Shown here: in pieces, positions 8,328 through 20,285 of the stretch | Layout of the letters: the number at the start of each line of letters is the position of its first letter | Numbering within the stretch: the first letter of the stretch is position 1 | From: a virus | Length of the DNA: 24,424 bases | Strand: one strand, 5' to 3' | UHGV virus genome: UHGV-0281096 | Notes under the pieces: model-generated | Database searches by the model: none | Told to the model about the DNA's origin: nothing | Seen by the model: only the letters and a program-made list of their open reading frames with translations | Position numbers and translations under genes: made by a program

Positions 8328-10526
8328 ATGGCAGAAAAAAAGATGACTGACTGGCATCGCAAGGTGCTGTGCAACTTTGATAATGCCTGGTCAGCAACGC
8401 AGGATATGCGTGAGCAGATTATTGAGGCTCAACGTTTCGTCCGGGTGTCCGGCGCACAGTGGGAAGGCAGCACAAACGCTGGTTACTCATTTGATGAAGG
8501 CAGGTTTGAGCATTACCCGCGCTTTGAACTGAATAAGATTGCCCGTGAATGTGATCGCATCATTGGCGAGTATCGACAGAATCGCATCAGCGTTAAATTC
8601 AGGCCGAAGGATGACAAGGCATCGGAAGCGTTAGCCGAAAAGATGAACGGCAAATTCCGCGCTGATTATCAGGAAACATCCGGTGGCGAAGCGTGTGATA
8701 ACGCATTTGATGATGCTGTAACGGGCGGATTCGGTTGTTTCCGCATGTGTGCTGATTACGAAGATGAAATGGATCCGAGTAACGAGCAGCGACGCATCAG
8801 CCTTCTTCCTGTTTACGACCCGGCGACATGCGTCTTCTTCGATCAGGACAGCAAGCAATATGACCGCTCTGATGCTATGTGGGCTATGGAAATGTTCTCC
8901 ATGACGCCTAAAGCGTTCGAGGCTGAATACCCTGATTCCATCGCGGCAAGCCTTTCTCGTGATGACACTGGTACTCAGTATGACTGGTCAACGCCTGACG
9001 CCATCTATGTTGGACGCTACTACGAAGTCCGCATAGAGAAGGTGAAGCTCACAGCATGGCGTAACCCTGTCAGCGGAGAAACGGCAATCTATGATGAAGA
9101 GCAAATCAAAGATATTGTCGACGAGCTGACCGATGGTGCATTCGAACTGATTGGCGAGCGAACGGTGAAGAAACGCCGAGTTTATTGCGGTCTTCTGTCT
9201 GGCGCTGAATGGCTGGAAGAACCGAAGCGTATTCCGGGCGAACATATTCCTCTCATCCCGGTATATGGGCGTCGTTCATTTGTTGATAATCAGGAGCGAA
9301 TCGAAGGCCACGCAGCAAAAGCGATGGATGCACAGCGTCTTGAGAACCTGATGGTTTCCATGATTGCAGATAACGCCACTCAGGCTGGCGGTGATGGCAT
9401 TCCTATCGTGGATGTTGATTTCATTCCCGGCCCATTAATGAACCACTGGGCAGAGAGGAATAAGAAAAGACCTGCAGTTCTTCCTATGACCAGCAAGAAG
9501 GACAAAAACGGAACGGTCATTTCAGAGGCTCAGGTTGCTGGCTGGACACCTCCGACACAAATGCCTCCAGCTCTTGCCGGGCTATTGCAGTACACTGGAA
9601 CGGCTATTCAGCAAATTACAGGTGCGTCGCAGCTTGAGAACATGCCGAGCAACGTCGCTACCGATACCGTTGATAGCATCTTTAACCGGATGGACACGCA
9701 GTCCTATATCTACATGGACAACATGGCTAAATCCATGCGCCGTGCTGGCGTCGTGTGGCTTTCTATGGCTCGTGAAGTCTATGGCAGTGATACGCCGATG
9801 CGTATCGTTAATGAGGACGGCAGCGATGACGTGGCGCTGATGACTGGTGAAGTGGTTGACCGTCAGACAGGGCAGGTTATCGCGCTTAATGACCTTTCGC
9901 AGGGTAACTATGAAGTGACTGTCGATGTTGGCCAGTCGTTCGCTACTCGCCGTGATGCAACGGTTAAGTCGTTACTTTCCATGCTGGCACTTATCCCACC
10001 GGGAACGCAGAAGCACGACCTTGTATCGTCGATGATTCTCGACAATATGGACGGCGAAGGGATGGACGACCTTAAAGAATACAACCGCAATCAGTTGCTT
10101 CTGTCTGGCGTTATCAAGCCGAGAACGCCTGAAGAACAGCAGATGGTTGAACAGGCGAAACAACAACAGGCCAGTCAGCCAGATCCGGCTATGGTTGCAG
10201 CGCAAGGTCAACTTCTTGCTGGTCAGGCTGAATTGCAGAAAGCGCAGAACGAACAAGCAGCCATTCAGGTTAAAGCATTCCAGGCACAGACGGATGCTCA
10301 GGTTGCTGCGGCAAATGTTGTGAAAATCCTCGCATCTGCCGATAGCCAGCAAAAATCTGATATCCGTGAGGCGCTGAAACTGCTCGGACAGTTCCAGCAA
10401 CAGCAAGGAGACAATGCCCGTGCTGATGCAGAGCTTGTCCTGAAAAGTCAGGCGCAGGGACATGCACAACGCATGGACATCAGCAGCATCCTGCAAAAAT
10501 CAACTCAGCAACAACCACAGCAGTAA
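8328..10526 (+). CDS. Portal protein (P22 gp1-like)
   Basis: 732 aa; many stretches match P22 portal as recalled (IPGEHIPLIPVYG, KPRTPEEQQMVEQAKQ, DPAMVAAQGQLLAGQAELQKAQN, ARADAELVLK); long helical Q-rich C-terminus. Confidence 0.9.
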   Translation: MAEKKMTDWHRKVLCNFDNAWSATQDMREQIIEAQRFVRVSGAQWEGSTNAGYSFDEGRFEHYPRFELNKIARECDRIIGEYRQNRISVKFRPKDDKASEALAEKMNGKFRADYQETSGGEACDNAFDDAVTGGFGCFRMCADYEDEMDPSNEQRRISLLPVYDPATCVFFDQDSKQYDRSDAMWAMEMFSMTPKAFEAEYPDSIAASLSRDDTGTQYDWSTPDAIYVGRYYEVRIEKVKLTAWRNPVSGETAIYDEEQIKDIVDELTDGAFELIGERTVKKRRVYCGLLSGAEWLEEPKRIPGEHIPLIPVYGRRSFVDNQERIEGHAAKAMDAQRLENLMVSMIADNATQAGGDGIPIVDVDFIPGPLMNHWAERNKKRPAVLPMTSKKDKNGTVISEAQVAGWTPPTQMPPALAGLLQYTGTAIQQITGASQLENMPSNVATDTVDSIFNRMDTQSYIYMDNMAKSMRRAGVVWLSMAREVYGSDTPMRIVNEDGSDDVALMTGEVVDRQTGQVIALNDLSQGNYEVTVDVGQSFATRRDATVKSLLSMLALIPPGTQKHDLVSSMILDNMDGEGMDDLKEYNRNQLLLSGVIKPRTPEEQQMVEQAKQQQASQPDPAMVAAQGQLLAGQAELQKAQNEQAAIQVKAFQAQTDAQVAAANVVKILASADSQQKSDIREALKLLGQFQQQQGDNARADAELVLKSQAQGHAQRMDISSILQKSTQQQPQQ

Positions 10527-10616
10527 TTAACCCATAACGTGCAATGGCTGTCTTTATGAGGCCTGGCACCCTATTGCCTTCCGATGGGCTGAACATCGAG
10601 TAAACAGGGGTAACAA

Positions 10617-11513
10617 ATGGACCAGATGGCAGAAAACACACCAGAAGTTGAAATCGAAACCGACGCGTCAGAGCAGATTCCTGATGATGTCGAACTGGCT
10701 GAAGAAGTCGAAACAGAAGATGGCAGTGAGTCCTCCGGCAATGATGCAGAGGAAGCTACTGAAACTGATGACGACGAATCAGAACAGGAATTCTACTTTG
10801 GTGACGAAAAGCTGGATTCGCCAACCAGCGAAGATGGCGCTGAGCATGGACTGGTAAAACACCTGCGCAAGACGATTAAAGAGAAAGACCGCGAGCTGAA
10901 AGAGCTGATGCGTCAGTCCCAGAAACCCGTCGAGCAGCAGCCGGTAATCACTCAACCACCGCGAATGCCAAAACTGGATGATGAGGACATCGGTTTTGAT
11001 GAAGAAATCTACCAGCAACGCATGGCTAAGTGGGCAGAGGATAACGGCAAATACCAGGAGCAAGTACGAGAGCGGAAACGAGAGGAAGAGGCGCGTACCG
11101 CAACGCTTCAGCAGAAAGCAGCCAATTACATGCATAGAGTAAAAGCACTGAAAGTGGCTGGTTACCAGGATGCAGAGCAGGCTGTACGCGAAGATGTTCC
11201 TGTTCACATTCAGGACATGATCCTTCTTGAGTCAGAGAAGCCGGAAATCGTTGTTCTGGCACTCGGTCGCAACACTGAACTGCGCAAGCAACTGGCAGAA
11301 GCTACCAACCCCGTAGCAATTGGTCGTCTGCTGGAACGTATCGAATCGAAGGCCAGAATCATGCCAAAAGCAAAAACCACGGCAGCCACAACCCCGACAG
11401 TTAAGGGGAGCAACGGCGCAGTAATCAATAACCTCGACAAACTTCTCGAAAAAGCGCGCGACACCGGTGATTACACCGAATACCGGGCGGCGAAGAACAA
11501 AGCTAAAAAATAA
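10617..11513 (+). CDS. Scaffolding protein
   Basis: 298 aa, highly acidic N-terminus, charged coiled-coil body, basic C-terminus; position between portal and coat. Confidence 0.8.
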   Translation: MDQMAENTPEVEIETDASEQIPDDVELAEEVETEDGSESSGNDAEEATETDDDESEQEFYFGDEKLDSPTSEDGAEHGLVKHLRKTIKEKDRELKELMRQSQKPVEQQPVITQPPRMPKLDDEDIGFDEEIYQQRMAKWAEDNGKYQEQVRERKREEEARTATLQQKAANYMHRVKALKVAGYQDAEQAVREDVPVHIQDMILLESEKPEIVVLALGRNTELRKQLAEATNPVAIGRLLERIESKARIMPKAKTTAATTPTVKGSNGAVINNLDKLLEKARDTGDYTEYRAAKNKAKK

Positions 11514-11533
11514 TCCATCGGAGCTAAATACCT

Positions 11534-12793
11534 ATGTCTAACCAGTTAACAAAAGACCTCGAAATCCTCTTTGAGAGCGTCATTGATAGTTTTGAGGCGT
11601 CCAATGTCGTTTCCCGCGAGTGCAGCAAGTTCCGACCGGGCGACATTGAAATGCAGCGCGCTGGCGACGTTGTTTATCGCCCTCAGGGCTACCACCTGAA
11701 AACCGTGAGCGGACTTGATCTGACTTCGGCCACTGCAAACTCACTCGTTCAGCGTCAGGTGCCTGCTCGCTTCCGCGAGCCAGAGAACGTCATCTACGAA
11801 CTGGACGCAAAAGAAATGCGCGATCCGTGGCACAAAGAGCAGGCTGGCAAGGCGGCGGGTCGCCAGTTGGCGGCGTGGGTTGATAACATGATCGTCGATG
11901 AGGTGGTCGCTCGCTCCACCAACGTGGTCACCATTAAATCGGCGTCCACCGGTAGCACTCTCGGCGAAGAACTCTGGAACGCATCGGCTGACGTTGATGC
12001 AATGATGCTGTCCATTGGTGTGCCTCAGGGTGGTCAGCGCAAGGCGTTCTACAACCCGTTCAACTACAAAGACCTGGCTAAGGAGCTTGGCTCTCGCGCA
12101 TATGCGGTCGGTGCAACTCTGACAGCCTATGAGAAAGCTCAGATTCCACCTGTGGCATCCTTCGACAGTTTCCGCGTTGATTATGCTGGCGCAATGAAGG
12201 CTGGTTCAGCTACCGCTGTAACTCTCGGCGGCGCAGTAGCACATAAAGTTACCGCGATGGATTCCAACGGAGCGCCTACCGATAACCGCCAGGGTGATAT
12301 CACCGTATCCGCTGAGAACGTACTGGCTGTCGGTGATGCATTCACTATCGAAGGCGTTAACAGTGTCCATATGATCAAGAAGGTGGATACAGGTCAGCCG
12401 CAGGTATTCCGCGTCCTGGATGTAAAAGGCACTACCGTTACCATCAGCCCGAAAATTCTGCCACCAGACAACGCGGATAAGGCGTCTATTCCTTACCAGA
12501 ACGTTACCGCCAATCCGAAGAATAGCGCGAAGATCAACATCCTCAACAAGAAGGCTGCGGCTTCCAACATCTTCTTCGCTGAGGGTTCTGTTGAGCTGAT
12601 GTATGGCAAGTTGGCATTCCCTACCGGCCAGGGTCCGCAGGTTATGACCGCAACGACCGAGCAGGGTGCGACCATCATCATGGCTTACCAGTTCGACGCT
12701 AAATCTGGCAAAACGTGGACTCGCTTCACCACGCTGGCTGGCGCAAGCGTACTGGTCCCGGAATTCACCGGCCTGGTACTGGCTAACCAGTAA
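11534..12793 (+). CDS. Major capsid (coat) protein
   Basis: 419 aa ORF following scaffold, strong RBS, followed by terminator; synteny with P22/Sf6 gene 5. Confidence 0.8.
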   Translation: MSNQLTKDLEILFESVIDSFEASNVVSRECSKFRPGDIEMQRAGDVVYRPQGYHLKTVSGLDLTSATANSLVQRQVPARFREPENVIYELDAKEMRDPWHKEQAGKAAGRQLAAWVDNMIVDEVVARSTNVVTIKSASTGSTLGEELWNASADVDAMMLSIGVPQGGQRKAFYNPFNYKDLAKELGSRAYAVGATLTAYEKAQIPPVASFDSFRVDYAGAMKAGSATAVTLGGAVAHKVTAMDSNGAPTDNRQGDITVSAENVLAVGDAFTIEGVNSVHMIKKVDTGQPQVFRVLDVKGTTVTISPKILPPDNADKASIPYQNVTANPKNSAKINILNKKAAASNIFFAEGSVELMYGKLAFPTGQGPQVMTATTEQGATIIMAYQFDAKSGKTWTRFTTLAGASVLVPEFTGLVLANQ

Positions 12794-12796
12794 TCC

Positions 12797-12823
12797 AAGG
12801 GGCTTCGGCCCCTCTTTTTTTTT
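12797..12823 (+). terminator. Rho-independent terminator/attenuator after coat gene
   Basis: AGGGGC-TTCG-GCCCCT followed by 9 T. Confidence 0.65.
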
Positions 12824-12833
12824 GGAGATCGAA

Positions 12834-13022
12834 ATGTCTCAAATCATGCTTTATAAGCCGGGATCGATGATCACCTGCGGCCCCCACTCGCTGGATTACA
12901 TCATCGTTGATGACGAAGAAGTTAAATCTCACCTGAAAAAAGGCTGGGTAAAAACTCCTGAAGAAACCGCAACGAAGCAAAAAGTGGCTAAGGCGGAAGA
13001 AGATGGCGAAAACGAAGGGTGA
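12834..13022 (+). CDS. Small hypothetical protein (62 aa)
   Basis: ATG 12834 with GGAG 7 nt upstream; track start 12666 overlaps coat gene and is rejected; position equals Sf6 gene 6. Confidence 0.45.
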   Translation: MSQIMLYKPGSMITCGPHSLDYIIVDDEEVKSHLKKGWVKTPEETATKQKVAKAEEDGENEG

Positions 13023-13464
13023 TCTCGTTCTAAAGGCTTTACGAAAAGCCGGGCTGTATTCCAATGCCACGTTGATAGATGCCGACCCTCAGGCAATTGA
13101 AGATGCTATTAATGACCTCGAAGACATGATGGCAGCATGGCAGGCGAAAGGTATCGAGCTTGGATATCAGTTTGCTGATACAGAAAACGGCATCATGCCG
13201 TTACCTGACGATGATTCAGGTATCCCTGCATGGGCAAATGATGGCGTCGCTTTGAAACTCGCTGTGCAAGTGTGCATGGATAACGTCATTCAGCCGTCGG
13301 ATGCTCTCCTTACCGCTGCTGACAGCACATATCAGACAATCTGCATCGCTTTAACCAAAATACCACCACTTGAGCGACGAAATGACATGCCTCGCGGGGC
13401 GGGGTTAAAAAGCGCGTTTACGTGGAATCGGTTTTACATCGAGAAAGATGATCCGAGTACGTGA
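13003..13464 (+). CDS. gp4-like head completion / tail adaptor protein
   Basis: 153 aa; MAKTKGDLVLKALRKAGLYSNATLIDADPQAIEDAINDLEDMMAAW resembles P22 gp4 N-terminus as recalled. Confidence 0.8.
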   Translation: MAKTKGDLVLKALRKAGLYSNATLIDADPQAIEDAINDLEDMMAAWQAKGIELGYQFADTENGIMPLPDDDSGIPAWANDGVALKLAVQVCMDNVIQPSDALLTAADSTYQTICIALTKIPPLERRNDMPRGAGLKSAFTWNRFYIEKDDPST

Positions 13465-13473
13465 GGTGAATAA

Positions 13474-14892
13474 ATGCCGATTCAGCAACTTCCGCTTATG
13501 AAAGGTGTCGGCAAAGACTTTCGAAACGCCGACTATATCGACTATCTGCCAGTGAATATGCTGGCTACGCCCAAAGAAATACTCAACAGCAGCGGATATC
13601 TTCGCTCATTCCCGGGCATTGCCAAACGTTCTGATGTGAACGGCGTATCGCGGGGCGTCGAGTACAACATGGCGCAGAATGCTGTTTATCGCGTATGTGG
13701 TGGTAAGCTGTACAAAGGAGAAAGTGAAGTCGGTGACGTCGCCGGAAGTGGTCGCGTATCAATGGCGCATGGTCGAACATCACAGGCGGTAGGCGTTAAT
13801 GGTCAACTGGTCGAATACCGCTATGATGGCACGGTTAAAACCGTCTCAAACTGGCCTACAGACAGCGGATTCACGCAGTATGAGTTAGGCTCAGTCCGCG
13901 ACATTACGCGCTTGCGTGGGCGTTATGCGTGGTCAAAAGACGGCACTGATTCATGGTTTATCACTGACCTTGAAGACGAATCGTATCCTGACCGTTACAG
14001 CGCACAATATCGCGCAGAATCTCAGCCGGACGGCATCATCGGCATCGGAACATGGCGAGACTTCATCGTCTGCTTTGGCTCATCGACGATTGAATATTTC
14101 TCCCTGACGGGTGCAACCACTGTTGGTGCCGCTTTGTATGTCGCCCAGCCATCGTTGATGGTGCAAAAAGGAATCGCCGGAACCTACTGCAAAACGCCGT
14201 TTGCTGATTCGTATGCGTTCATCAGCAATCCGGCAACAGGTGCGCCGTCTGTTTACATCATCGGCTCCGGTCAGGTATCACCAATCGCCAGCGCGAGCAT
14301 TGAGAAAATCCTCCGCTCCTACACTGCTGATGAACTGGCTGATGGCGTGATGGAGTCTCTGCGCTTTGATGCTCATGAGTTGCTGATTATCCACCTTCCG
14401 CGCCATGTTCTCGTGTACGACGCATCTTCAAGCGCCAATGGTCCGCAATGGTGTGTGCTGAAAACAGGCTTGTATGACGATGTGTACCGCGCTATCGACT
14501 TCATTTACGAAGGCAATCAGATAACGTGCGGAGATAAGCTGGAATCGGTTATCGGCAAATTGCAGTTCGATATCAGCAGCCAGTATGGGCTACAGCAAGA
14601 ACACCTGTTGTTTACACCACTCTTCAAAGCTGAGAACGCCAGATGTTTTGATCTGGAAGTTGAATCATCGACTGGTGTCGCTCAGTACGCTGACCGCCTG
14701 TTCCTCTCTGCAACCACTGACGGCATCAATTGGGGAAAAGAGCAGATGATTGAGCAGAATGAACCGTTCGTTTACGACAAACGCGTTTTGTGGAAGCGAG
14801 TAGGGCGCATCAGGAAAAATGTCGGCTTCAAATTGCGCGTTATCACGAAGTCACCTGTCACTCTGTCTGGCGCTCAGATAAGGATCGAGTAA
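13474..14892 (+). CDS. gp10-like tail hub protein
   Basis: 472 aa; close to P22 gp10 along most of its length as recalled. Confidence 0.85.
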   Translation: MPIQQLPLMKGVGKDFRNADYIDYLPVNMLATPKEILNSSGYLRSFPGIAKRSDVNGVSRGVEYNMAQNAVYRVCGGKLYKGESEVGDVAGSGRVSMAHGRTSQAVGVNGQLVEYRYDGTVKTVSNWPTDSGFTQYELGSVRDITRLRGRYAWSKDGTDSWFITDLEDESYPDRYSAQYRAESQPDGIIGIGTWRDFIVCFGSSTIEYFSLTGATTVGAALYVAQPSLMVQKGIAGTYCKTPFADSYAFISNPATGAPSVYIIGSGQVSPIASASIEKILRSYTADELADGVMESLRFDAHELLIIHLPRHVLVYDASSSANGPQWCVLKTGLYDDVYRAIDFIYEGNQITCGDKLESVIGKLQFDISSQYGLQQEHLLFTPLFKAENARCFDLEVESSTGVAQYADRLFLSATTDGINWGKEQMIEQNEPFVYDKRVLWKRVGRIRKNVGFKLRVITKSPVTLSGAQIRIE

Positions 14893-15593
14893 TGGCTGAT
14901 TCGAATCTCAACACCCCTGTTATTGTACAGGCGACGCGGCTCGATACATCAATCCTTCCACGCAATATATTCAGCCAGTCTTACCTGCTGTATGTCATTA
15001 ATCAGGGGGCTGATGTCGGCGCAATTGCCGGGAAGGCAAATCAGGCTGGTCAGGGCGCTTACGATGCTCAGGTGAAAAACGATGAACAGGACGTCGAACT
15101 GGCAGATCACGATTCAAGAATCACCGCAAACACAAAAGCGATAAATCTCCTTGAGGTCAGGTTAACAACCGCCGAAGGGAAGATAGTCGTACTGCGTAGC
15201 GATGTTGATTACTTGCTGGATGAGGTTATCGATATTCAGGCGCATCTGGTCACTGTTGACAAAAGACTGGATGGCGTAGAAAGCGATGTATCTGACATTA
15301 AGAGTGATTACGTATCGAAAACCGTAACCAAATTGCAGTCTCTTGCGTCACCGCTGGATGTAAAAACATCATATTCAGTTGATGGAATTCAGGTTGTTGG
15401 AGCAAGAAATACCGGATGGACTGCAGCCACAGGTACGCCACTTCTTGGCTCATTCAACGCTAACCAGTCATACACGGTCGGCACTACGTACACACAATCC
15501 GAAGTCGCAGCTCTCGCTACAGGTTTGCAGCAGGCGCGGCAGCGTATTCTGGCGCTTGAAACAGCACTTAGATTACATGGGCTGATTGACTGA
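14892..15593 (+). CDS. gp26-like tail needle (trimeric coiled-coil plug)
   Basis: 233 aa from ATG 14892 (track start 14790 rejected); [25 protein letters not shown]... and heptad-repeat core match P22 gp26; TAATG overlap with gp10. Confidence 0.85.
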   Translation: MADSNLNTPVIVQATRLDTSILPRNIFSQSYLLYVINQGADVGAIAGKANQAGQGAYDAQVKNDEQDVELADHDSRITANTKAINLLEVRLTTAEGKIVVLRSDVDYLLDEVIDIQAHLVTVDKRLDGVESDVSDIKSDYVSKTVTKLQSLASPLDVKTSYSVDGIQVVGARNTGWTAATGTPLLGSFNANQSYTVGTTYTQSEVAALATGLQQARQRILALETALRLHGLID

Positions 15594-16048
15594 TGATTAC
15601 ATTCAAACCAACGCGAAACATCGACCTGATAGAAGCAGTCGGAAATCACCCTGACATTATTGCCGGGAGCAACAACGGTGATGGATACGACTACAAGCCT
15701 GAATGCCGTTACTTTGAGGTTAACGTGCACGGTCAGTTTGGCGGCATTGTTTACTATCAGGAGATTCAGCCGCTTACATTCGATTGCCACGCCATGTACC
15801 TGCCAGAGGTTCGCGGATTCAGCAAGGAAATCGGGCTGGCGTTCTGGCGATACATTCTGACTAACACCACCGTTCAGTGCGTCACATCGTTCGCTGCACG
15901 CAAATTCCGCCACGGGCAGATGTACTGCGCAATGATTGGCCTTAAGCGTGTCGGAACCATCAAGAAATACTTCAAGGGCGTGGATGACGTGACGTTTTAC
16001 AGCGCCACACGTGAAGAACTAATCGACTTCCTGAATCACGGGAGATAG
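15593..16048 (+). CDS. gp14-like protein
   Basis: 151 aa directly after the tail needle; synteny with P22 gene 14. Confidence 0.75.
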   Translation: MITFKPTRNIDLIEAVGNHPDIIAGSNNGDGYDYKPECRYFEVNVHGQFGGIVYYQEIQPLTFDCHAMYLPEVRGFSKEIGLAFWRYILTNTTVQCVTSFAARKFRHGQMYCAMIGLKRVGTIKKYFKGVDDVTFYSATREELIDFLNHGR

Positions 16049-16050
16049 CC

Positions 16051-16740
16051 ATGTTATATGCATTTAAGCTGGGCAGAAAACTGCGCGGCGAGGAACCTTA
16101 TTGCCCTGAAAAAGGCGGGAAAGGTGGCTCTGATAAAAGCGCAAAGTATGCCGCAGAAGCTCAGAAGTATGCCGCAGACCTGCAAAATCAGCAGTTCAAT
16201 ACCATCATGAACAACCTGAAGCCGTTTACTCCTCTGGCTGGGAAGTATGTCGGCAGCCTTGAGAACTTATCGTCTCTGGAAGGCCAAGGTCAGGCACTTA
16301 ACCAGTATTACAACTCTCAGCAGTACAAAGATCTTGCTGGTCAGGCTCGCTATCAGAGTCTGGCGGCAGCGGAAGCAACAGGTGGATTGGGTTCCACCGC
16401 AACCAGTAATCAGTTAGCAACAATCGCACCAACGCTTGGTCAGCAATGGCTGTCTGGACAAATGAACAATTACAACAACCTGGCAAATATCGGTCTTGGC
16501 GCTCTTCAGGGGCAGGCAAACGCCGGGCAGACATATGCCAACAACATGAGCCAGATTTCACAGCAAAGCGCGGCTCTTGCAGCGGCAAACGCCAACCGAC
16601 CGTCAGCATTGCGGCAGGGTGTTAGTGGTGCTGCATCCGGTGCGCTTTTGGGTGGTGGCATAGCCAGTGCTCTCGAGCTATCAACTCCGTGGGGTGCTGG
16701 TATCGGTGCTGGTCTTGGTCTGCTTGGCTCGTTGTTTTAA
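16051..16740 (+). CDS. Ejection (internal head) protein gp7-like
   Basis: 229 aa, Gln/Ala/Gly-rich with glycine-zipper C-terminus; synteny. Confidence 0.75.
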   Translation: MLYAFKLGRKLRGEEPYCPEKGGKGGSDKSAKYAAEAQKYAADLQNQQFNTIMNNLKPFTPLAGKYVGSLENLSSLEGQGQALNQYYNSQQYKDLAGQARYQSLAAAEATGGLGSTATSNQLATIAPTLGQQWLSGQMNNYNNLANIGLGALQGQANAGQTYANNMSQISQQSAALAAANANRPSALRQGVSGAASGALLGGGIASALELSTPWGAGIGAGLGLLGSLF

Positions 16741-16750
16741 GGGGTAATCA

Positions 16751-18100
16751 ATGGCTACGTGGCAACAGGGTATTAATTCTGGTGGTTTTCTGACTGGAAT
16801 TGGTGCGCAAAATGAGAATGCGCCAAAGGCAAGCGACATTAACGCAACGCTTGGTCTGATTCGCGAAAACAATGAACTGGCTCGATCAGGTGCAAATAAC
16901 GTTGGTCTGACCGCGTTACGTGGTCTGGCTGGAGTTGCTGATATTTACAATCAGGAACAGCAACAGAAAGCTATTAGTGCGTTCAATAAGGTTCACGCTG
17001 ATGCATGGGCTTCTGGTGATCCATCGGGACTATTTAAGTTTGCCCAGGAAAATCCAGCGTTTGTTGCACAGGCACAACAGGCGTTTTCCGGTCTTAATGA
17101 GCAGCAACGCAACGATATGGGCGATTTAGCCATGAGGGCTAACGTCGCTCTTTCTCAGGGACCGGAAGCCTACAGTAAATTCATTACTGACAACAAGGAC
17201 AGGTTAAATCGCGTGGGGGCGAATGCTGATTGGATGATTCAGACAGGTATCCAGAATCCAGAGCAGCTATCACACATGCTGACTACTATGTCTCTCGGTG
17301 CGCTTGGACCAGAAAAGGCGTTTGCTGTTCAGGACAAGATGGTTGGTCGCCAGCAGGAGCAGCAAAGAATTAACGAAACCATTCGCAATAATGACATGAC
17401 GAATGCGAGGGCTATTAGGGGGCAGGATCTTTCCTATAAGGCTCAAATGGCAAGACTGAATCACGACAAGTATGTGTTTAAGCAGTCACAGGCGGCCCTT
17501 GAAAGAGCAGGACAACTTCAGGATATGGATGTTTTGTCTCTTAACTCACAGATAGCAGCGACGGGAATTGATCCTCTAACCGGTAAAGCTGCAACGTCAG
17601 CCAGAATGTCTCAGGCTAAGAGATGGCTTGATGGCAACCATAATTACAACAATGCGTTGATTACTGGTGAGCGAGGGATAGAGAAAATAGATTCTTTGCT
17701 TGGTAAGAAGGAGCTTGAAGGTATCGGTCGCTTCGAAGGAAGAAATATAGATGGCTTCACAAGTGCTGAAGGGCTTGCAAACCGTAATGCGATAGAAGAA
17801 TTAAAGTCGGGTGCGTTTGTCCAGAACGTGCAGATTATGCGAGGTATGGGGAGCCTCTCCAATGCTGAAGGCCAAAAACTGGAAAACCTGATCGCGAAAC
17901 TCGATATAACACAGCCTGAAGAGGTCGTCAGAAAACAGTTATCTGAAATCCGATCGCAATATTCTGTATTTCAAAAGGTTGCAGCAAGGGAGGCTGAATC
18001 AATGGGATATAGTTCATCAGGTTATGACACATATGTTAGTGAGCGAAAATCAGGAAGCGACAGCAATAAGTCCGGTTTCTCGTCTTTATGGGGTGATTAA
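16751..18100 (+). CDS. Ejection protein gp20-like
   Basis: 449 aa; synteny and composition. Confidence 0.75.
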   Translation: MATWQQGINSGGFLTGIGAQNENAPKASDINATLGLIRENNELARSGANNVGLTALRGLAGVADIYNQEQQQKAISAFNKVHADAWASGDPSGLFKFAQENPAFVAQAQQAFSGLNEQQRNDMGDLAMRANVALSQGPEAYSKFITDNKDRLNRVGANADWMIQTGIQNPEQLSHMLTTMSLGALGPEKAFAVQDKMVGRQQEQQRINETIRNNDMTNARAIRGQDLSYKAQMARLNHDKYVFKQSQAALERAGQLQDMDVLSLNSQIAATGIDPLTGKAATSARMSQAKRWLDGNHNYNNALITGERGIEKIDSLLGKKELEGIGRFEGRNIDGFTSAEGLANRNAIEELKSGAFVQNVQIMRGMGSLSNAEGQKLENLIAKLDITQPEEVVRKQLSEIRSQYSVFQKVAAREAESMGYSSSGYDTYVSERKSGSDSNKSGFSSLWGD

Positions 18101-20268
18101 TGGCTAAAGCATGGAAAGATGTTATCGCTTCTCCACAGTATCAGGCGTTAACTGAAGAACAGAAAGCACAGGCTCAAGCGCAATATTTTGATGAGGTTGT
18201 TGCCCCTAAGGCTGGTGACAAATGGGCTGAAGCAAGAGATCAGTTTTATGCAGCATACCCTCCGCCTCAGCAGCAGAAAGAAGAACCATCATTGATGCAA
18301 CAAGCTGGTGATTGGCTCACAGGTGGTCAAAGTGCAGGGCAAATTGCAGAACAGGCTGGTCGTGGTCTGGTAAACATACCATTTGACGTATTGCAGGGTG
18401 GCGCAAGTCTGATTAATGCAATCAGCCAGGGGCTTGGCGGCCCCAAGGTTTTGGATGATGTTTATCGCCCTGCCGAGCGACCGACAGACCCTTACGCGCA
18501 AGCCGGTGAAACAATTGGTGGGTATCTCCTGCCAATTGGCACAGCGGCAAAAGCTGCTGGAGCGACAGCAAAGCTCGCTGGAGATATCGGTTCCGCCGGA
18601 AACATGATTGCAGGTTCTCTTGCTGATGCTGCAAATCAGGAGGGCGATTTTGCACAAAATGCTGCCATTAACGGTGGTATCAATATTGGTGCTCAGGGGA
18701 TACTTTCTGGGGCTGGAAGGATCTTAACCTCTAAATCACCTCAAGTTCTTGGTGGCGGGGCAATAAATTCCGCTGCTGATGTTTCGAAAATGGCAAAGTC
18801 TGGTACAGGAAGAGAGATTATTGCCAGACAGTCAGCTAATGTGTCAGACGAAATAGCAAAAGCAGCAGATACTGCTGGAATAGATATCAACGCATTAACT
18901 CCTGGCATGAGATCAGGTAGTCGTGGTCTTGCTCAGGCGGAGGGGATTCTGGCGTCAAAGCCCGGAATTACACAGGATGCACACACCAAAGCATTCAGTG
19001 AAATAGAGTCGAAATTTAACTCAGCATTGGATGAGTTTGGGGCTGAAGCAGGAACTGCATCAGAAAAAAGTGCAGCCATAAAACAAAGGGTTTTGGCAAG
19101 TATTGATAAAATGAAAAATTCAGAAAAGGCCGCATGGGATAGCGTCCGCTCCACGATGCCTGACGCAAAGGCCAGAATGTCAAACCTGAACGCTACAATT
19201 CAGGGTGATATTTTGGCCGGCATGCCGCTAACTCCTGAGATGAAACAATTCGCATCTGCTTATGCTAAAACTAGTAAAAAAGGAATCACGTTTGATGCCA
19301 TGAAGGCATGGCGAAGTAAACTTGCTGACGCAGAGCAGAAGTATATAAGGTCTGGTGAGGCAAATACGGCAAGGCGCATGGCTGAGCTTCGTGATGCAGC
19401 AACGGAAGATATGCGCATAATGGCTCAAAATGGCGGTTTTCTTGATGACTGGCAAAAAGCTAATGATCTGTCAAAAGCAAGATTTACAGCACAAGAACAG
19501 GCTGAAGCAGCGTTTGGTAGAGACCTTGCAACTGATCAGTTGGTAACTAATGGCTCTAAGGCGTTGCAGGGTTCAGCAAAAAGTGGAACAGGTCAGTTCC
19601 ATAAAATAATAAGCGCCCTACCTGAGTCGGAACGCGCGCCAGCAATTGCATCAATATTACAAGATGCGGTATCGCAAGGGGTACGCGGAGGTAAGTCTGA
19701 AGAGGCTGGAATTAAGCATATCGCGACTATTCTTACCCCACAAAACGTGAAGGCAATTAGTCGATATTCTCCAGAGCTTGGTAGGATTGCCAGGGGGTTT
19801 GGAGAACTTGCAAGAGCAGCAACAAAGCCACTTCGATATGTTGAACAAACAGGGCGCTCTATGCCAGCCATTAGCACTCTTGAGAATGGCCTTCATCCAG
19901 TTTTAGAGAGCGTATTGTCTGGCGCTTTTCCAACCGCTGGCGCTATCGCAGGGTTCTCTGGAGGAGGTGTTATTGGAGCAATAGTGGGTGGCGCTGCAGG
20001 TGGAGCAATTGATGCAATAGCAAAAGGATCGATAGCGAAATTATCCGCAACCAGAAGTGGTCGTTACGCTATTGAAAAGGCTGTTCAAGAGGCGACAAAG
20101 GCAGTTAAAGTTGGGGCAAGTGATGGCGCATTAGCGGCGGCGGAACGCAGATTTATGGCAAATAAGGCCGCCGTAAAAGCAATTCGCGATGCACTAGGAA
20201 ACGAAGAGTTCCAGCGTTTGTCGAGGGCTGGGATTGTGGCATCGCTAAGCGGAATGGCACAGGATTGA
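18100..20268 (+). CDS. Ejection protein gp16-like
   Basis: 722 aa; last of three ejection genes; Gly/Ala-rich C-terminal segment ([36 protein letters not shown]). Confidence 0.7.
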   Translation: MAKAWKDVIASPQYQALTEEQKAQAQAQYFDEVVAPKAGDKWAEARDQFYAAYPPPQQQKEEPSLMQQAGDWLTGGQSAGQIAEQAGRGLVNIPFDVLQGGASLINAISQGLGGPKVLDDVYRPAERPTDPYAQAGETIGGYLLPIGTAAKAAGATAKLAGDIGSAGNMIAGSLADAANQEGDFAQNAAINGGINIGAQGILSGAGRILTSKSPQVLGGGAINSAADVSKMAKSGTGREIIARQSANVSDEIAKAADTAGIDINALTPGMRSGSRGLAQAEGILASKPGITQDAHTKAFSEIESKFNSALDEFGAEAGTASEKSAAIKQRVLASIDKMKNSEKAAWDSVRSTMPDAKARMSNLNATIQGDILAGMPLTPEMKQFASAYAKTSKKGITFDAMKAWRSKLADAEQKYIRSGEANTARRMAELRDAATEDMRIMAQNGGFLDDWQKANDLSKARFTAQEQAEAAFGRDLATDQLVTNGSKALQGSAKSGTGQFHKIISALPESERAPAIASILQDAVSQGVRGGKSEEAGIKHIATILTPQNVKAISRYSPELGRIARGFGELARAATKPLRYVEQTGRSMPAISTLENGLHPVLESVLSGAFPTAGAIAGFSGGGVIGAIVGGAAGGAIDAIAKGSIAKLSATRSGRYAIEKAVQEATKAVKVGASDGALAAAERRFMANKAAVKAIRDALGNEEFQRLSRAGIVASLSGMAQD

Positions 20269-20285
20269 GGTGACGCCATGGATGG

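Noticed and set aside
12666-13022. 118-aa ORF starting inside the coat gene
   Set aside because: The first 56 codons overlap the coat C-terminus in another frame; a proper RBS and ATG lie at 12834 just after the terminator.
14790-15593. Tail-needle ORF with start at 14790
   Set aside because: Would overlap gp10 by about 100 nt; ATG 14892 gives the P22 gp26-like N-terminus MADSNLN and overlaps the gp10 stop.
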